This document shows positions 12,071 to 25,169 of a stretch of DNA of 64,000 nucleotides, piece by piece. The number at the start of each line of letters is the position of its first letter. Position 1 is the stretch's first letter. This DNA comes from Malacoraja senta (lineage: Eukaryota), in assembly GCA_038087875.1 (NCBI GenBank), contig CM075991.1, positions 9,302,001 to 9,366,000 of the forward strand. The letters run 5' to 3'. The notes under the pieces were generated by a model, which saw nothing but the letters and a program-made list of their open reading frames with translations, ran no database searches and had not been told where the DNA came from. Position numbers and translations under genes: made by a program.

Positions 12071-12804
12071 TAAACTCAACATCATCCAGGTCAAACCAAC
12101 CTGCTTTAAAGAAAAGCAGCGAAAACAACGTGTTAAAAAAAATTGCCTCGAAAGTCTCCCTAAAACTTTCCCCTGCTCACCTTGAAGCTATTAACCATCA
12201 AGATAAATGCACATATCTTAGGAATGCCATGGATTTAATTGAAATCATAAAATGCTAGTAACACACAACTGGTCAGGCAGTATCTACGGAGAGAGAGAAA
12301 GAGAGAAAAGTTTCAAATCGATGTCCTTTCATCTGAAGCGATGATCCGAATCTTTGCGAGGAAAGGCCATCGACTTGAAACATTGACACTGTTTCTCTCT
12401 CTGCAGATACTGCCCGACCTGCTGCCACGCGGACCAGCTAGAAAGTACACCGCCGTTTCACGTCCAGTCTTCTCCAACGCCGTCTGCCAAACCCGCGACT
12501 TCTGCCACCACGGCACACTTCATCCCAGCACGGAAGGATGTCAACTGTCCTTCGCTGTCACTGGGTCTAAGTCCTGGAGCACGCTCCCCAACAACACACT
12601 GGGAACGACCTTCACCCTTCGTTCTACGGCGGTTCAAAGAGACGCCTCTTCGCCACCTACCCAAGACCGATTGGGAACGACCGATAAACATTGACCATGC
12701 CAATGACATCCACGTCCCATAAAAAAAATATATTTCCATTATTTTATTTTTGTCCTGTTTTCAGAATGGCTTAATTATACTCCTTTCCCTTATGACCATA
12801 TCAG

Positions 12805-13176
12805 AATAGTGAAAGGCTTGGATAGAGTGGATGTGGGGAGGATGTTTCCATTGTTGGCAGTGTCTAGGACTAGAAGTCATAGCCTCATAATTAAAGGACG
12901 TTCTTTTAGGAAGGAGATGAGGAGGAATTTCTTTAGTCAGAGGGTGGTGAATCTGTGGAATTCTTTGCCACAGAAGGCTGTAGAGGCCAAGTCAGTGGAT
13001 ATTTTTAAGGTAGAGATAGATAGATTCTTGATTAGTACAGTTGTCAGAGGTTATGGGGAGAAGGCAGGAGAATGGGGTTAGGATGGCGAGATAGATCAGC
13101 CATGAATGAATGGCGGAGTAGACTTGATGGGCCGAATGGCCTAATTCTACTTCGATTCCTCATGACCTTATGACCT
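12805..13176 (+). mobile_element. CR1 LINE 3' fragment (second subfamily)
   Basis: ORF 12809-13081 FFSQRVVNLWNSLP; tail atgggccgaatggcctaattct. Confidence 0.88.
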
Positions 13177-13357
13177 CCTCATCCGCTCCCCACACAATAC
13201 GGGCAATTTGCAGCTACCAATTAACCTACAAAGCCACATGTTTGAGGAAACTGGAGCACAGCAGTGCAGCAGTAGAGTTGCTGCCTTAGAGAACCAGAGA
13301 GCCGGGTTCGATCCTGGCTACGGGTGATGTCCGTATGAATTTGTGCACTTAATTCTA

Positions 13358-13562
13358 CTTGTTCTTGGTTCTTGGTTTCTCGTTCCTCCAAAATATTCCA
13401 AATGGAATTTAAACTGGAGGTGGTGGAGGGAGGACAATCCAGAAAGGGTTTTTGGGAAGAAAGAGCTACCTTAAATTTAGTTGCATCTGGTTGGGTAACT
13501 ATGGTAGGGTGGAGATTATTCCATGCTTTAATTGTGCGGGGCGAAGGACGAATTGCTGTACC
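13358..13562 (-). mobile_element. LINE 3' fragment of another CR1/L2-group family
   Basis: PRTIKAWNNLHP...FKVAL ORF2 C-terminal motif; (AAGAACC)n tail. Confidence 0.6.
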
Positions 13563-14422
13563 CATCTGTCTTGGTAGCTGGAATCACAAATTGGATCTCC
13601 TATTCCTTATGACCTTATGACCTTAATCCCAGGGTGCGCTTTGATGAAAAATATAGCTAGCCAATATTTTGTAGCGCTGTGCTTTACATTTCACAAATTC
13701 CCTAATTTTTTGCGCCCCCCCCCGTTCTAAACTGATAAAGAAACTCCGATTGCAATTAAAACTCAAACGTCAATTAGGATTTAATTGAAAAATCAGTTGG
13801 CATATCTAATTAAAGATGACAGAGACTGGAAGATGCACATGAATACTTAGATTAGCAATGAAAAGTTAATAGCTCATAAAACATCATTAATTGCCAGATT
13901 ACGCTGAAGAAGTATATTGTTATTGAAGTGTAATTCACTGATTCTGAGAGAGATATTTAAAAATGCAATATTCTTTTGAATTCAAGCCGCAAGCACTTTG
14001 GGTTGGGGGATGGCGGGTATATCTGCATTGCATCTAATCTATTAGATCTTCAGTGATGCTACAATGAATTTTGCCTTGGATGCTGCTGTAGGACACCTTC
14101 TCCTGCGATTGTGTTTTGGTGGGAGCAGGGTTCAACCACTAATGGTAATAAAAAGGAAAATATGTAAAACCTGACATTATGGTTTTATTTCTCTGGTAGG
14201 GCGGAGGCTAAGGGGAGCAGTAGGTAAAATTATAAGGCCTCGGCGAGGCCAGCAGCATTATCAAGGACCAGTCTCACCCCGGTCACTCCCTCTTCTCCCC
14301 TCTCCCATCAGGCAATAGGTACAGAGCTTTGAGAGTGCGTGCTGCCGGATTCAGGGACAGTTTCTTCCCAGCTGTTATCAGACAACTAAACGGTCCTCTC
14401 ATCAGCTAGAGTGCGGTCCAGA

Positions 14423-14912
14423 TATGGTTGCCAACGTTCTCACGCCCAAATAAGGGACAAAAGATCAAAATACGGGATAAATTCCCGACGGCAATTCGTT
14501 GCCCGACTCGACCGTGGCTGGGTGAATGATGAGTTGGGCTGCACACAAAGCCCAGCAGGCGGGCCAGCTGAGGAGTTGTGGTGGCCGGCGCCCCATCCAA
14601 CTCATGAACCGATGATCGGCCACGAGAAGGAGGGGGTGGTGGTGGTGTCGGCGGTAAGCGAAGGTCCGAAGGTGGGACAGCTGGCCGGGCTGCCGACCGA
14701 CGGGGCCGCGGGCGAGGCGCTGCTGCTGCTGCACTCCATGGGCTGCACTATGTCGGGTGAGGTGGGGCCGGACGCGGCGCTCCGACCCAGACAGTCCCCT
14801 CGACCCGAGTAGTAGCAGTCAAATATGGGACAAGGGCGGTCCCGTATGGGACAAACCAATTTAGCCCAATGTACGGGATGTCCCGGCTAATATGGAACAG
14901 TTGACCACCCTA
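14423..14912. mobile_element. Non-autonomous hAT (Blackjack-like) DNA transposon
   Basis: Ends TATGGTTGCCAAC...GTTGACCACCCTA (TAGGGT-type TIR), subterminal ACGGGA/GGGACA repeats, perfect 8-bp TSD ggtccaga (14415-14422, 14913-14920). Confidence 0.88.
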
Positions 14913-16023
14913 GGTCCAGACCACCCATGTACCTCATTGAAGACCTTTGAACTATGTTTATACATGATTTATTGGACTTTATCTTGCACCAATTGTTGTA
15001 CCCTTTATCGTTCATCAGTACACTGTGGACGGCTTGATTGTAAACATGCATAGTCTTTTCTTTGACTGGATAGTACGCAGTAAAAAGCTTCTCACTGTAC
15101 CTCGGTACATGTGACACCAAAAACCCAAACTAAACTAAACTAAAACTGGGGTAGGATGGAGATAAGCAGCAAACAGGTAAACATGGTAGACAGTCACAAC
15201 CTTTTTCCCAGGATGGAAAAATGAAATACAAACTTTAAGGTGAGAGGGGCAAAGTTTGAAAGAGATGTGTGAGGTGAGAGGGTGGTGAGTACTGCTGGAA
15301 CGTGGTATCGAATCAAATGTGATGGTGGCATTTAAAATCTTTTGGATAGGCACATGGATATGCAGATTACGGAGGGATATGTGTTATGTACTGGTAGGTA
15401 AATGATGGTCTTTGCAGCATGTTCAGCACAGATATTGTGGGCTGAGGGTCTTATTCTTATGTAGGAAGGAACTACAGGTGCTGGTTTAAACCGAAGATAG
15501 ACACAAAAAATGCTGGAATAACTCAGCGGGACAGGCAGCATCTCTGGGTGTCGTTTCGGGTCACGACCCTACTTCAGACTGAAGAAGTAAGACTGAAGAC
15601 CCATCCAGAGACGCTGCCTGTCCCGCTGAGTTACTCCAGCGTTTTGTGTCTGTCTTATCCTTGTGCAGCACAAGTTGTGCTGCACTGCTCCATGCTCTAT
15701 ATTCTAAGGTTATCCGATCAAGGAGTGAATGGGAGAGGTGAGAGATTGTGGACATAGTCGAAATAAAACGTAGATAAAATAAAGGAACAGCAGCGAGATC
15801 TGCCGATGTTGGAATCTTGAGTAAAACGCAAAGTGCATTCAGGCAGCATGTGTGGAGGGAATGGTTAAGTGGTGTTTCGGGTCAGCACCCTTCTTCAGAC
15901 GAAGAAAGGGTCCCGACACAAAATGTCACCCATAGAGATAAAGCTGAGAAAATGTTGCAGAGATTGGTAGATTTGTATTGACTGATTTAAGGAACAGGGA
16001 ACAGGGGGCTTATGAAGTTATCA

Positions 16024-16317
16024 ATAGACAATAGACAATAGGTGCAGGAGTTGCCCATTCGGCCCTTCGAGCCAGCACCGCCATTCAATGTGATCATGGC
16101 TGATCATCCCCAATCAGTACCCCGTTCCTGCCTTCTCCCCATATCCCCTGACTCCGCTATCTTTAAGAGCCCTATCTAGCTCTCTCTTGAAAGTATCCAG
16201 AGAACCTGCCTCCACCGCCCTCCGAGGCAGAAAATTCCACAGACTCACCACTCTCTGTGAGAAAAAGTGTTTCCTCGTCTCTGTTCTAAATGGCTTACCC
16301 CTTATTTTTAAACTGTG
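16024..16317 (-). mobile_element. CR1 LINE 3' fragment
   Basis: ORF 16114-16326; (CAATAGA)n tail. Confidence 0.88.
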
Positions 16318-16821
16318 GATAGCCATAATTCTAAAGCTCCACCAAGTTTAGAATTTCTACAAACATCGATGTGGAATTGTTGCCATGGACACTGTTGGTG
16401 GCCGAACTGTGCTGAGCAGGCGGGAAGAGATGAAGGACACTTATATAAATGGAAGTGTTTTAAGTACACTATAATCAAAGCACAAAGTGACCTTAATCAA
16501 AAGGCCATCTCATTTCCTTCTGAACCTTCCACACTTCTCCTCCTCACTCATCCCCCCACGAGCACCTGAAGTGTATTGTAATTTATTTATTTCGTTTTAT
16601 CTGATTTTCTTCCTTGCAAATTGGCCACCATGCTTACTGCGTTAGGATCATGCTACCACGCAAATGTTTATTGCTAATAAAGCAATTTAAGACATTCTGC
16701 AGTTGTGAAATGTGCTTGTATTTCTCTCCTGCATCTTCCAATTTCATACTACCGTCGTAAACGGTCGCCGCTGACTACTGAAGCGGCGACGCGGTGGCGC
16801 AGCGGTACGCCTGCAGCCTTC

Positions 16822-17028
16822 AGGGCCTGTCCCACTTTCACGACCTCTGCCGAGTTTGCCCTTGACTCATACTCGCAGCATGGTCGTCACGAGGTCGTGG
16901 GAGGTCGTAGCAGGCCGTGATGCTAGTCGTAGGTACTCGTGGCATCAAGTGGGTCGGGGCGTTTTTTCTGGCCTGATGAAAAATGTCCACAAGGTCATGA
17001 ATTAGGTCGTGAAAGTGGGACAGGCCCT
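16822..17028. mobile_element. PIF/Harbinger MITE in an HE1 SINE head
   Basis: Same family as 7446 and 37915; sits at gcctt(a)|cagcgccag. Confidence 0.88.
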
Positions 17029-17602
17029 TTACAGCGCCAGAGATCCGGGTTAGATTCCTACTACGGGTGCTGTCTGTGCGGAGTTTGTACGTTCTCCCCG
17101 TGACCACGTGGGTTTTCCCTGGGTGCTCCAGATTCCTCCCACACTCCAAAAATGTAAGTTAATTGGCCTGGCCTAACTGTAGATTGGCCCTGATATGTGT
17201 GCAGGATAGTGTTAGCGTGCGGGGATCGCTGGTTGGGACTCGCTGGGCCGAAGGGCCTATTTCCAGGCTGTATCTCCAAAATAAAAAAAAGGCATCTAAA
17301 ATCACTGCCTTCCCAGGCAGCTCCTTCAATCCATCTCCTGGACAAGGTCATTATTTTAAAAGTGTCTATTTATTGTTGATTTAATGAGAATAAATTGGTT
17401 CTCCTTGATGTGATGGTGATATCGAATAGGCTCAGTACTGGGGAACGCTTCTGTTGACATTTCATTGAGAATGACTGCATATTACAGAGTAACATCCTAC
17501 GCTTGTTCATGTTTGGGATCAAATACTCTTCAGGGAGTACATTTAGTTGGGTAACTCTAACAGTTCGCTAGCACAAGCATTACATGCTGAATGGTCACTT
17601 TC

Positions 17603-17981
17603 TACATATAGAAACATAGAAACATAGAAAATAGGTGCAGGAGTAGGCCATTCGGCCCTTCGAGCCATTCAATATGATCATGGCTGATCATCCAACTCAG
17701 TATCCTGTACCTGCCTTCTCTCCATACCCCCCTGATCCCATTAGCCACAAGGGCCACATCTAACTCACTCTTAAATATAGCCAATGAACTGGCCTCAACT
17801 ACATTCTGTGGCAGAGAATTCCACAGATTCACCACTCTCTGTGTGAAAAATGTTTTTCTCATCTCGGTCCTAAAAGATTTCCCCCTTATCCTTAAACTGT
17901 GACCCCTTGTCCTGGACTTCCCCAACATCGGGAACAATCTTCCTGCATCTAGCCTGTCCAACCCCTGAAGAATTTTGTAAG
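17603..17981 (-). mobile_element. CR1 LINE 3' fragment
   Basis: ORF 17602-18000 with CR1 C-terminus. Confidence 0.9.
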
Positions 17982-18173
17982 TAAATATGTAGAGGTACAT
18001 AAAAGTATGAGAGGCATAGATATGGTAGACAGGCAGAACCCTTTTCCCGGGATGATAAAATCAAATATCAGAGGGCATAGCTATAAGGTGAGAGGGGCAA
18101 AGTTGAAAGGAGATCTGCGGGGCAAGTTTTTTTGCCTAGAGAGTGGTGGGTGATTTGGAACTTTACAGCTTTG

Positions 18174-18496
18174 GGCGACACGGTGGTGCAGCGGTGGAGT
18201 TGCTGCCTTACAAAGCTTGCAGCGCCAGAGACCCGGGTTCGATCCTGACTACGGGTGCTGCCTGTACGGAGTTTGTACGTTCTCCCCGTGTCCGCCATGG
18301 GTTTTCTCCGAGATCCACGGTTTCCTTCCACACTCCAAAGACGTACAGATTTGTAGGTTAATCCACTTGGTATAAGTGTAAATTGTCCCTCGTGTGTGTA
18401 GGGTAGTGTTAATGTGCGGGGATCGCTGGTCGGTGCAGACTCGGTGGGCCGAAGGGACTGTTTCCGCGCTGTATCTCTAAACTAGACTGAACTAAA
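18174..18496 (+). mobile_element. HE1-type V-SINE, full length
   Basis: gggcgacacggtggtgcagcgg...ggttcgatcc...gggccgaagggactgtttccgcgctgtatctctaaacta. Confidence 0.9.
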
Positions 18497-19889
18497 CACT
18501 GCTCGGGGTGATGGTGGAGGCAGATATGATAGTGGCATTTAAGATACTTTGGGGTAGGCACCTTTCTAGGCATGGAGTGGAGGGATATGGATCATGCGCA
18601 GGCAGATAAGGATTGGTATTAAAATATAATAAAAATGAATCGCCAATGCTGGCTTATACCAAAGATGAACACAAAGCGCTGGAGTAACATCTGGGGGTCA
18701 GGCAGAATCTCTGGAGAAAACAGGTAGGTGACGTTTCTGGTCCGGACCCTGCTTCAGACTAGATTAGGATTGATGCAAAATGCTGCAGTAACTCAATGGG
18801 TCAGACAATATCTCTGGAGAAAAGGAATAGGTGACGTTTCGGGTCGAGAACCTCCTTCAGACTGAGAGTCAGGGGAGAGGGAAACCAGAGGTGTGAAAAG
18901 GAAGAGAGAACAAAAGAATGAAAGGTATGAAAAAACAAATCAGAGTCTGCAAGGATGATCAAGGGATGGTGGAGCCCACAATGGTCCATTGTTGGCTGTT
19001 GAAGAGGTGATAGCGAGTGGGTACGAATGGTGAAACTAAACAGGACTGGGCTCCTCCACCTTTCCTTGATCAACCTTGCCGGCCTTTCTTTTTTCTTTTC
19101 GTACCTTTCAATCTTTTATTCTCTGTACCTTACATATCTCTAGCTTCCCACTCCTCTGACTCTCAGTCTGAAGAAGGGTCTCGACTCGAAACGTCACCTA
19201 TTCCTTTTCTCCAGAGATGCCGCCTGTCCCGCTGAGTTACTCCAGCATTTTGTGTCTGTCTTCAGTGTAACCAGCATCTGAAGTTCCTTCAGCCATGATC
19301 ATATTGAATGGCGGTGCAGGCTCGAAGGGCCGAATGGCCTACTCCTGCACCTATTTTCTATGTATCTATGTATGTATAAGGATTGGTCTTGGATGCATGT
19401 TCAGCAGCGGCTTATGGGCCGAAGGGCCTTATCCTGTGCTGCATTGGCCTACGGGTGTCAGGGGTTCTGGGGAGAAGGCAGGAGAATGGGGTTAGGAGGG
19501 AGATAGATCAGCCATGATCGACTTGATGGGCCGAATGGCCTAATTCTGCTCCTATCACTTATGAACTGTTCTACCTTCTGTTCTATGTATATTTGCAATA
19601 CTTTCAGAACAGATACATGTACGAAAGCACTGTTTAAGAAAGAACTGCAGATGCTGGAAAAATCGAAGGTAGACAAAAATGCTGGAGAAACTCAGCGGGT
19701 GAGGCAGCATCTATGGAGAGAAGGAATAGGTGACGTTTCGGGTCAAGACCCTTCTTCTCAAGCCGAAACGTCACCTATTCCTTTTTCTCCAGCATTTTTG
19801 TCTACCTCATTTGGCTAAATCATTGATATTTGCAACAGGCAGGAGATCAGCCAAAGTAACCATGGTGTTCTCTCAACTTTCCTTTGCAG

Positions 19890-20114
19890 ACTCCTCTTCC
19901 CATGAACATCACAGCCTTTTACAACTACGAGCAGCCGCTGGTTGGGTACTGCAAAGCACACCAGACTCTTCATATACACAAGCGCTTCGAGGCGCCCCTG
20001 CAGGAAGAGGCACAGCCCAGCAGCGTCGAGCTGCCCGCCAACCGCAATGTCATCAGCACAGTCGCTCGCTCCGCCATCCCCAACATACATCTCGAACCCC
20101 CTCACACGCCGTAG
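19890..20114 (+). CDS. Terminal coding exon of an unidentified host gene (TPLPMNITAFYNYEQPLVGYCKAHQ...HLEPPHTP*)
   Basis: Polypyrimidine tract plus AG acceptor (ctctcaactttcctttgcag, ends 19889). 74 codons with strong C/G third-position bias, TAG stop, followed by repeat-free UTR-like sequence with AATAAA at 20372. Confidence 0.7.
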   Translation, partial: TPLPMNITAFYNYEQPLVGYCKAHQTLHIHKRFEAPLQEEAQPSSVELPANRNVISTVARSAIPNIHLEPPHTP

Positions 20115-22434
20115 GAGGGCACCCCAACCCCAGCGGCTCACTTTGTGTGCGGCCAGCTCCAGACGGGAAGGAAGTAAAAATACAGGATAGCAACAAACAT
20201 TTGAAAGTTCTTTCCTGCGTTTAAAATTTAAAAAAATGGACATCCCCGAACAATTGGTAGCCGTTGAAAACTCAACGGCCAAACTATCCGAAATTTGCCG
20301 TTCTTCTGATTTTCTGTGCTTTGGTATTTGACGATGTAAATATAAGACTCTGCTTATCATGTTCTTAAGAAAATAAAGTAAAAACTGTAAAGGAACGGGT
20401 TCAACTCTTTTCGACGTCATGTTTTTCCACCACACATTCAGGTCCCCAGCCAGGAGAATGTGGTTATTAAAAGGAATCGAGTTTACATCAGCGAAGTTAC
20501 TTTTCTTTGGAGTGTCAGTCGTACCTGCGGTGAACAACCATATCAACTGAAATGCTGAATTTGTGACAAATACTCAAGAGTTTACAGGTGAATGACTTTG
20601 GCACAGTGGGGGAGGTGGGTCTGAATATTTACAGTCACAAAGAATTGGTGCGCGAAGGAACTTCAGACGCTAGTTTACACCGAAGGTAGTCACAACATGT
20701 TAGAGTAACTCAGCAGGTCAGGTAACATCCCTGGGGAAAAGGAAGAGGTGAAGTTTCGGGTCAAGACCCTTCATCAGACTGGGAGGCAGGGAGGGGGTGA
20801 AACGAGAGGTGCGGAACGGTACAGAACAGAGCAGAGCCTGCAGCGATGACTCAGGAAAGGTTGAGCCCACAATGGTCCATTGTTGGCTGGGGACGAGGTG
20901 AAATCGAAGGAATCCAAACAGCGAAAAGAGGGTCAGGGTGGGGGAGGGGTGGAGAAGGAGGGAATGCTAGGGTTAATTAAAGGTGGAGAAATGACTATTC
21001 ATGCCGCTGGGTTGTAAGCTGCCCGAGTGAAATATGAAGTTCTTTTGTTTACGTACATATTGTATAAAATTGTATAATGTATAAAATTGGCTTTGGTATA
21101 CTTACATCCTTCTGTATTTTCATCATAAGAAGTATATATGATATGGTCAGCATTCCCTGGATTCACAGAAGGTTGCAGATGCTCAAATCTGTATTAAAAT
21201 GTGGAGCAACACATTGGAGTTTAAGAGAGAAGAACTTGAATTAAAATATAAGGTCCTCTGAGATTGTGATAGGGTTGGCTTTGGGAGAATACTCCACTTG
21301 GGTCGATACCCTGCATTGGGATCTATCATAGTCGGAGAGTGATACAGTGTGGAAACAGGCCCTTCGGCCCAACTTGCCCACACTGGCCGACATGTCCCAG
21401 CTAAGCTAGTCCCACCTGCCTGCATTTGGTCCATATCCCTCCAAACCTGTGCTATCCATGTACCTGTCTAACTGTTTCTTAAAATTTCAGATAGTGCCAG
21501 CCTCAACTACCTTCTCTTATTCCATACACCCACTACCCTTTGTGTGAAAAAGTTACCCCTCAGATTCGTAATAAATCTTTTCCCCTTCACCTTTTTTAAA
21601 CCTATGTCCTCTGGTCCTCAATTCTAATGCAGAGACTCGACCCGATTATGGGCAGCATGGTAGCACAGCGGTAGAGTTGCTGCCTTACAGCGCCAGAGAA
21701 ACCCTGGTTCGATCCTGACTACAGGTGCTGTCTGTGTGGAGTTTGCAGTGTACGGGGATCGCTGGTCGACGAGGACTCGGTGGGCCAAAGGGCCTGTTTC
21801 CGTACTGTATCTCTAAACTGAACTAAACTAACAGCTATCACTTTGCCTCCACAGATGCTGCTGGACCTGCTAAGTTCTTCCAGGTTTGTTTTTTTCCACT
21901 GGATGTTCTCCTGCTTCTATTTTCATCCATTTTGATTCAAGTTGAGTCTATTGTCATTTGCAGTAATACAGTGATATACAAGTACAATGAAAAAGCTTGC
22001 CCGCAGCAGCATCACAGTCACATAGACAACAGCCAGAAACGTAAATTATAAACAAATTGCACATGAATTTTACGAGGCAGTTAAAATAAAACGACCGGGC
22101 AAAAAATAAGACATTAGTGAAAAGACATTCATTCATCATTGCCAGTTCTAATGGTGAATCTTTCTTTACTATACTAGAGCAGAGCCTAATACACATTGTA
22201 GGAATTCCATCCCTTTATCCAATTTCTTCAGTTCAGTCAATATTGGAATTACTGAAGTCCCCCATGTTTTTATCTTACGTCATAGTCAGGGAGTGATACA
22301 GCATGGAATCAGGTCCTTCGGCCCAACTTGCCCACACCGGCCAACATGTCCCAGATGCACTAGTCCCACCTGCCTGCATTTGGCCCATTTCCCACTAAGC
22401 CTGTCCTATCCAAGTACCTGTCTAACTGTTGCTT

Positions 22435-22570
22435 CTTCTTCTTCCGTGTGGCGTGCACAGCCTAAAGTTGTTGGACAACTTGTTCTATTCGATCTTCCGT
22501 TTGTGCACGTCGAGTTGATTGCATTAGTCGAAACAGGGCGGACCACGTGAAGGTTGCAATCTTTCACCCC
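22435..22570 (-). mobile_element. HDV-like ribozyme-headed short retroposon, copy 3 (inserted in a CR1 3' end)
   Basis: Reverse complement GGGGTGA-AA-GATTGCA-ACC-TTCACGT-GGT-CCGCCCT-GTTTCGA-CTAA-TGCAATC...(GAA)n. 12-bp TSD taactgttgctt at 22423-22434 and 22571-22582. Confidence 0.9.
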
Positions 22571-23429
22571 TAACTGTTGCTTAAACGTTGGGATAGTCCC
22601 AACCCTAACTACATCCTTTGGCAGCTTGTTCCATACACCCACCACCCTTTGTGTGAAAAAGTTACCCCTCAGATTCCTATTAAATATTTTCCCCTTCACC
22701 TTAAACCTATGTCCTCTGGTCCTCGATTTACCTACTCTGGGCAAGAGACTCTGTGCATCTACCCGATCTATTCCTCTCATGATTTGATTATGTGCATCCC
22801 TTATTCTTTTAATTTGTCTTCACTTTTGTTCTTCCATCTATTTTTCACTATTATATTCTGTAGACACCACTCATTAGCATCATTTATCCTTTATAAATGT
22901 TTATCGTCCTCTAAATTAATTCTGATTCTGTTTTCATTATCAGCGCATTCTCTTTTCCCAACTGGCATCATTTTATCCCTAATAACTACTGTTGATCCAC
23001 CTGCCTTATTTAGAGTCACAGGGAGAGGCAGCTCAGAAACAGGACCTCTGGGCCCACTAAATTCACACCAACCGACCATAAGCTTACCTTAATCCCATTT
23101 TTAACGTCTCTCCATGTGCTTATCAACTCTCCACAGATTCTGCACTCATCTGAAATTTATAGGGGCCAAGTAATCTAGCAACCAGCATGGCTTTGGGATT
23201 TGGGAGGAAACCTGAGCACCTGGACCAAACCCACGTGGCAACAGGAAGAATGTGGATCAGAAGAACGTGTACACTCCCTGTAGACACCGTTGGAGGTCAA
23301 GGTTGAATCTGGCTCTCCAGAACTGTGAGGCAGCAGTTTATTTAATTTTAGTTTAGTTTAGAGATAGAGCGCGGAAACAGGACCTTCGTTCCGCTGAGTC
23401 CGCGCCGACCAACGATCCCCGCACACTAA

Positions 23430-23748
23430 TGGGCCTGTCCCACTGTACCAGCTAATTCAAGAGTTCTCCCAAGTTTCCCCTGATTCGAACTCGGAGAATT
23501 ACGGTAATAGCCGCTTGTAGGTACTCGGGGCTCTCGTGGACATTTTTCAACATGTTGAAAAATCTTCATGAGTCTTCCCGAGCTTACCGCGTTTCCCGAG
23601 TACCTGCTGTTAGCGTTACGAGCCGCTAAGAGATGCCCCTGAGCTCCGACGTACCCACTACGTACATTCTACGTGCTTACCATGAGTTTGATTTTCTTTT
23701 AAACTCGGGAGAGCTCTTGAATTACCCCGTACAGTGGGACAGGCCCCT
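23430..23748. mobile_element. PIF/Harbinger MITE in an HE1 SINE
   Basis: TIR GGGCCTGTCCCACTGTAC..AATTCAAGAG; TSD TAA/TAA; same family as 39170. Confidence 0.88.
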
Positions 23749-25169
23749 TAACACTATCCTACACAATAGAGGATTTTTACCGAAGCCAATTAACCTACAA
23801 ACTTTAGAGTGTGGGAGGGAATCTGAGCACCTGGAGATAATCCACGCGGTCACAAGGAGAACATGCAAACTCTGCACAGACAGCACCCGTAGCCAGGATC
23901 GAGCCCGGGTCTCTGGCATGGTAAGGTAGCAACTCTACCGCTGAGCCACTGTGCCGCCCCGTTGCCTACCTTTTGGACCAAATGATGGCACTCTTGAATC
24001 CTCTCCCTCCCCATGGCTTTTTTGAACTCACAGTCCTTCTCCTGCTTGGATCATTTTGTAAATACTCACTGTCTAATTAGCCCTCTGGGAACGATTATTC
24101 CTGTCAGAGAGCCTGCAACTGGCAAAGCCAGTATTTGGTACACATCCCTGGGCCAAGTGGTTTAATTAGGCTATTTCAGCAGTTAGTGTTGCAGTCACAC
24201 ATAAACTGGATGAGGTAAGGACTACAGGCTTTCTTGCTAATGGATATGGGTGGCGTTTCAGGTCGAGACCCTTCTTCAGACTGAGAGTCAGGGGAGAGGG
24301 AGACATGGAGATAAGGAAGGGAGAGGTGTGAAAATACGTCAAAGGGGACTATGATCAAGGAAATGTAGAATGTAGAATTGAATTTTGATACAACAATGTA
24401 CCATTCTACATCATCGCTCCCTTTGATCAGTGTTTTCACACCTTACCCTTCCATATCTCTAAGTCTCCCTCTCCCCGATTCGTAGTCTGAAGAAGGGTCT
24501 TGACCCGAAACATCACCCATTCCTTTTCTCCAGCTGAGTTAGTCCAGCATTTTGTGTCTATCTTCGGTGTAAAGCAGTTCCTTCCGACACAATGTTCATT
24601 TCACAGCTTGTTTCGAATCATTCGTGCTATCTTCTGAAAATAACCACTTGAGTTTGTACTTTGAATAAATCAGCACCAACTGCTCACGTCAACATGAAGC
24701 AAATACCCTCCACCGATCACTCGTTGAAATGTTATTTCTGCACGTGAGTTTTAAATAATAAACTTTATTCAGGGTAAAAATATATACAAAAGCGGAACTG
24801 TGCCGACATTCTCGGAGGCTATACTGACGTTCAATGCATCGTAACGTAGTGTTTACACGATTTTACCCGACTGTTCAGTCACTCTACACCCCCACCAGAA
24901 AGACCTTAAAACCCACCGTTTCTTCCTTGACCACAGAACCAGCCAATTTCCCTCCACTAACGCGCTCCTCCACCAAGTGGAGCAGGTCCTAACCCATAAC
25001 AACTTCTCCTTCAACTCCTCCCATTAAAAAAAAAGCAGTCTGAAGAAGGGTCTCGATCCGAAACGTCACCCATTCCTTCTCTCCAGAGATGCTGCCTGTC
25101 CCGCTGAGTTACTCCAGCATTTGATGTCAATCTTCGATGTAAACCAGCATCTGCAGTTCCTTCCTGCAC

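Noticed and set aside
19730..20546. Alternative frames over the exon (164 aa +, 243 aa -)
   Set aside because: Codon bias and the phase-0 acceptor favour the TPLPMN frame; the 164-aa ORF begins inside a PLE remnant.
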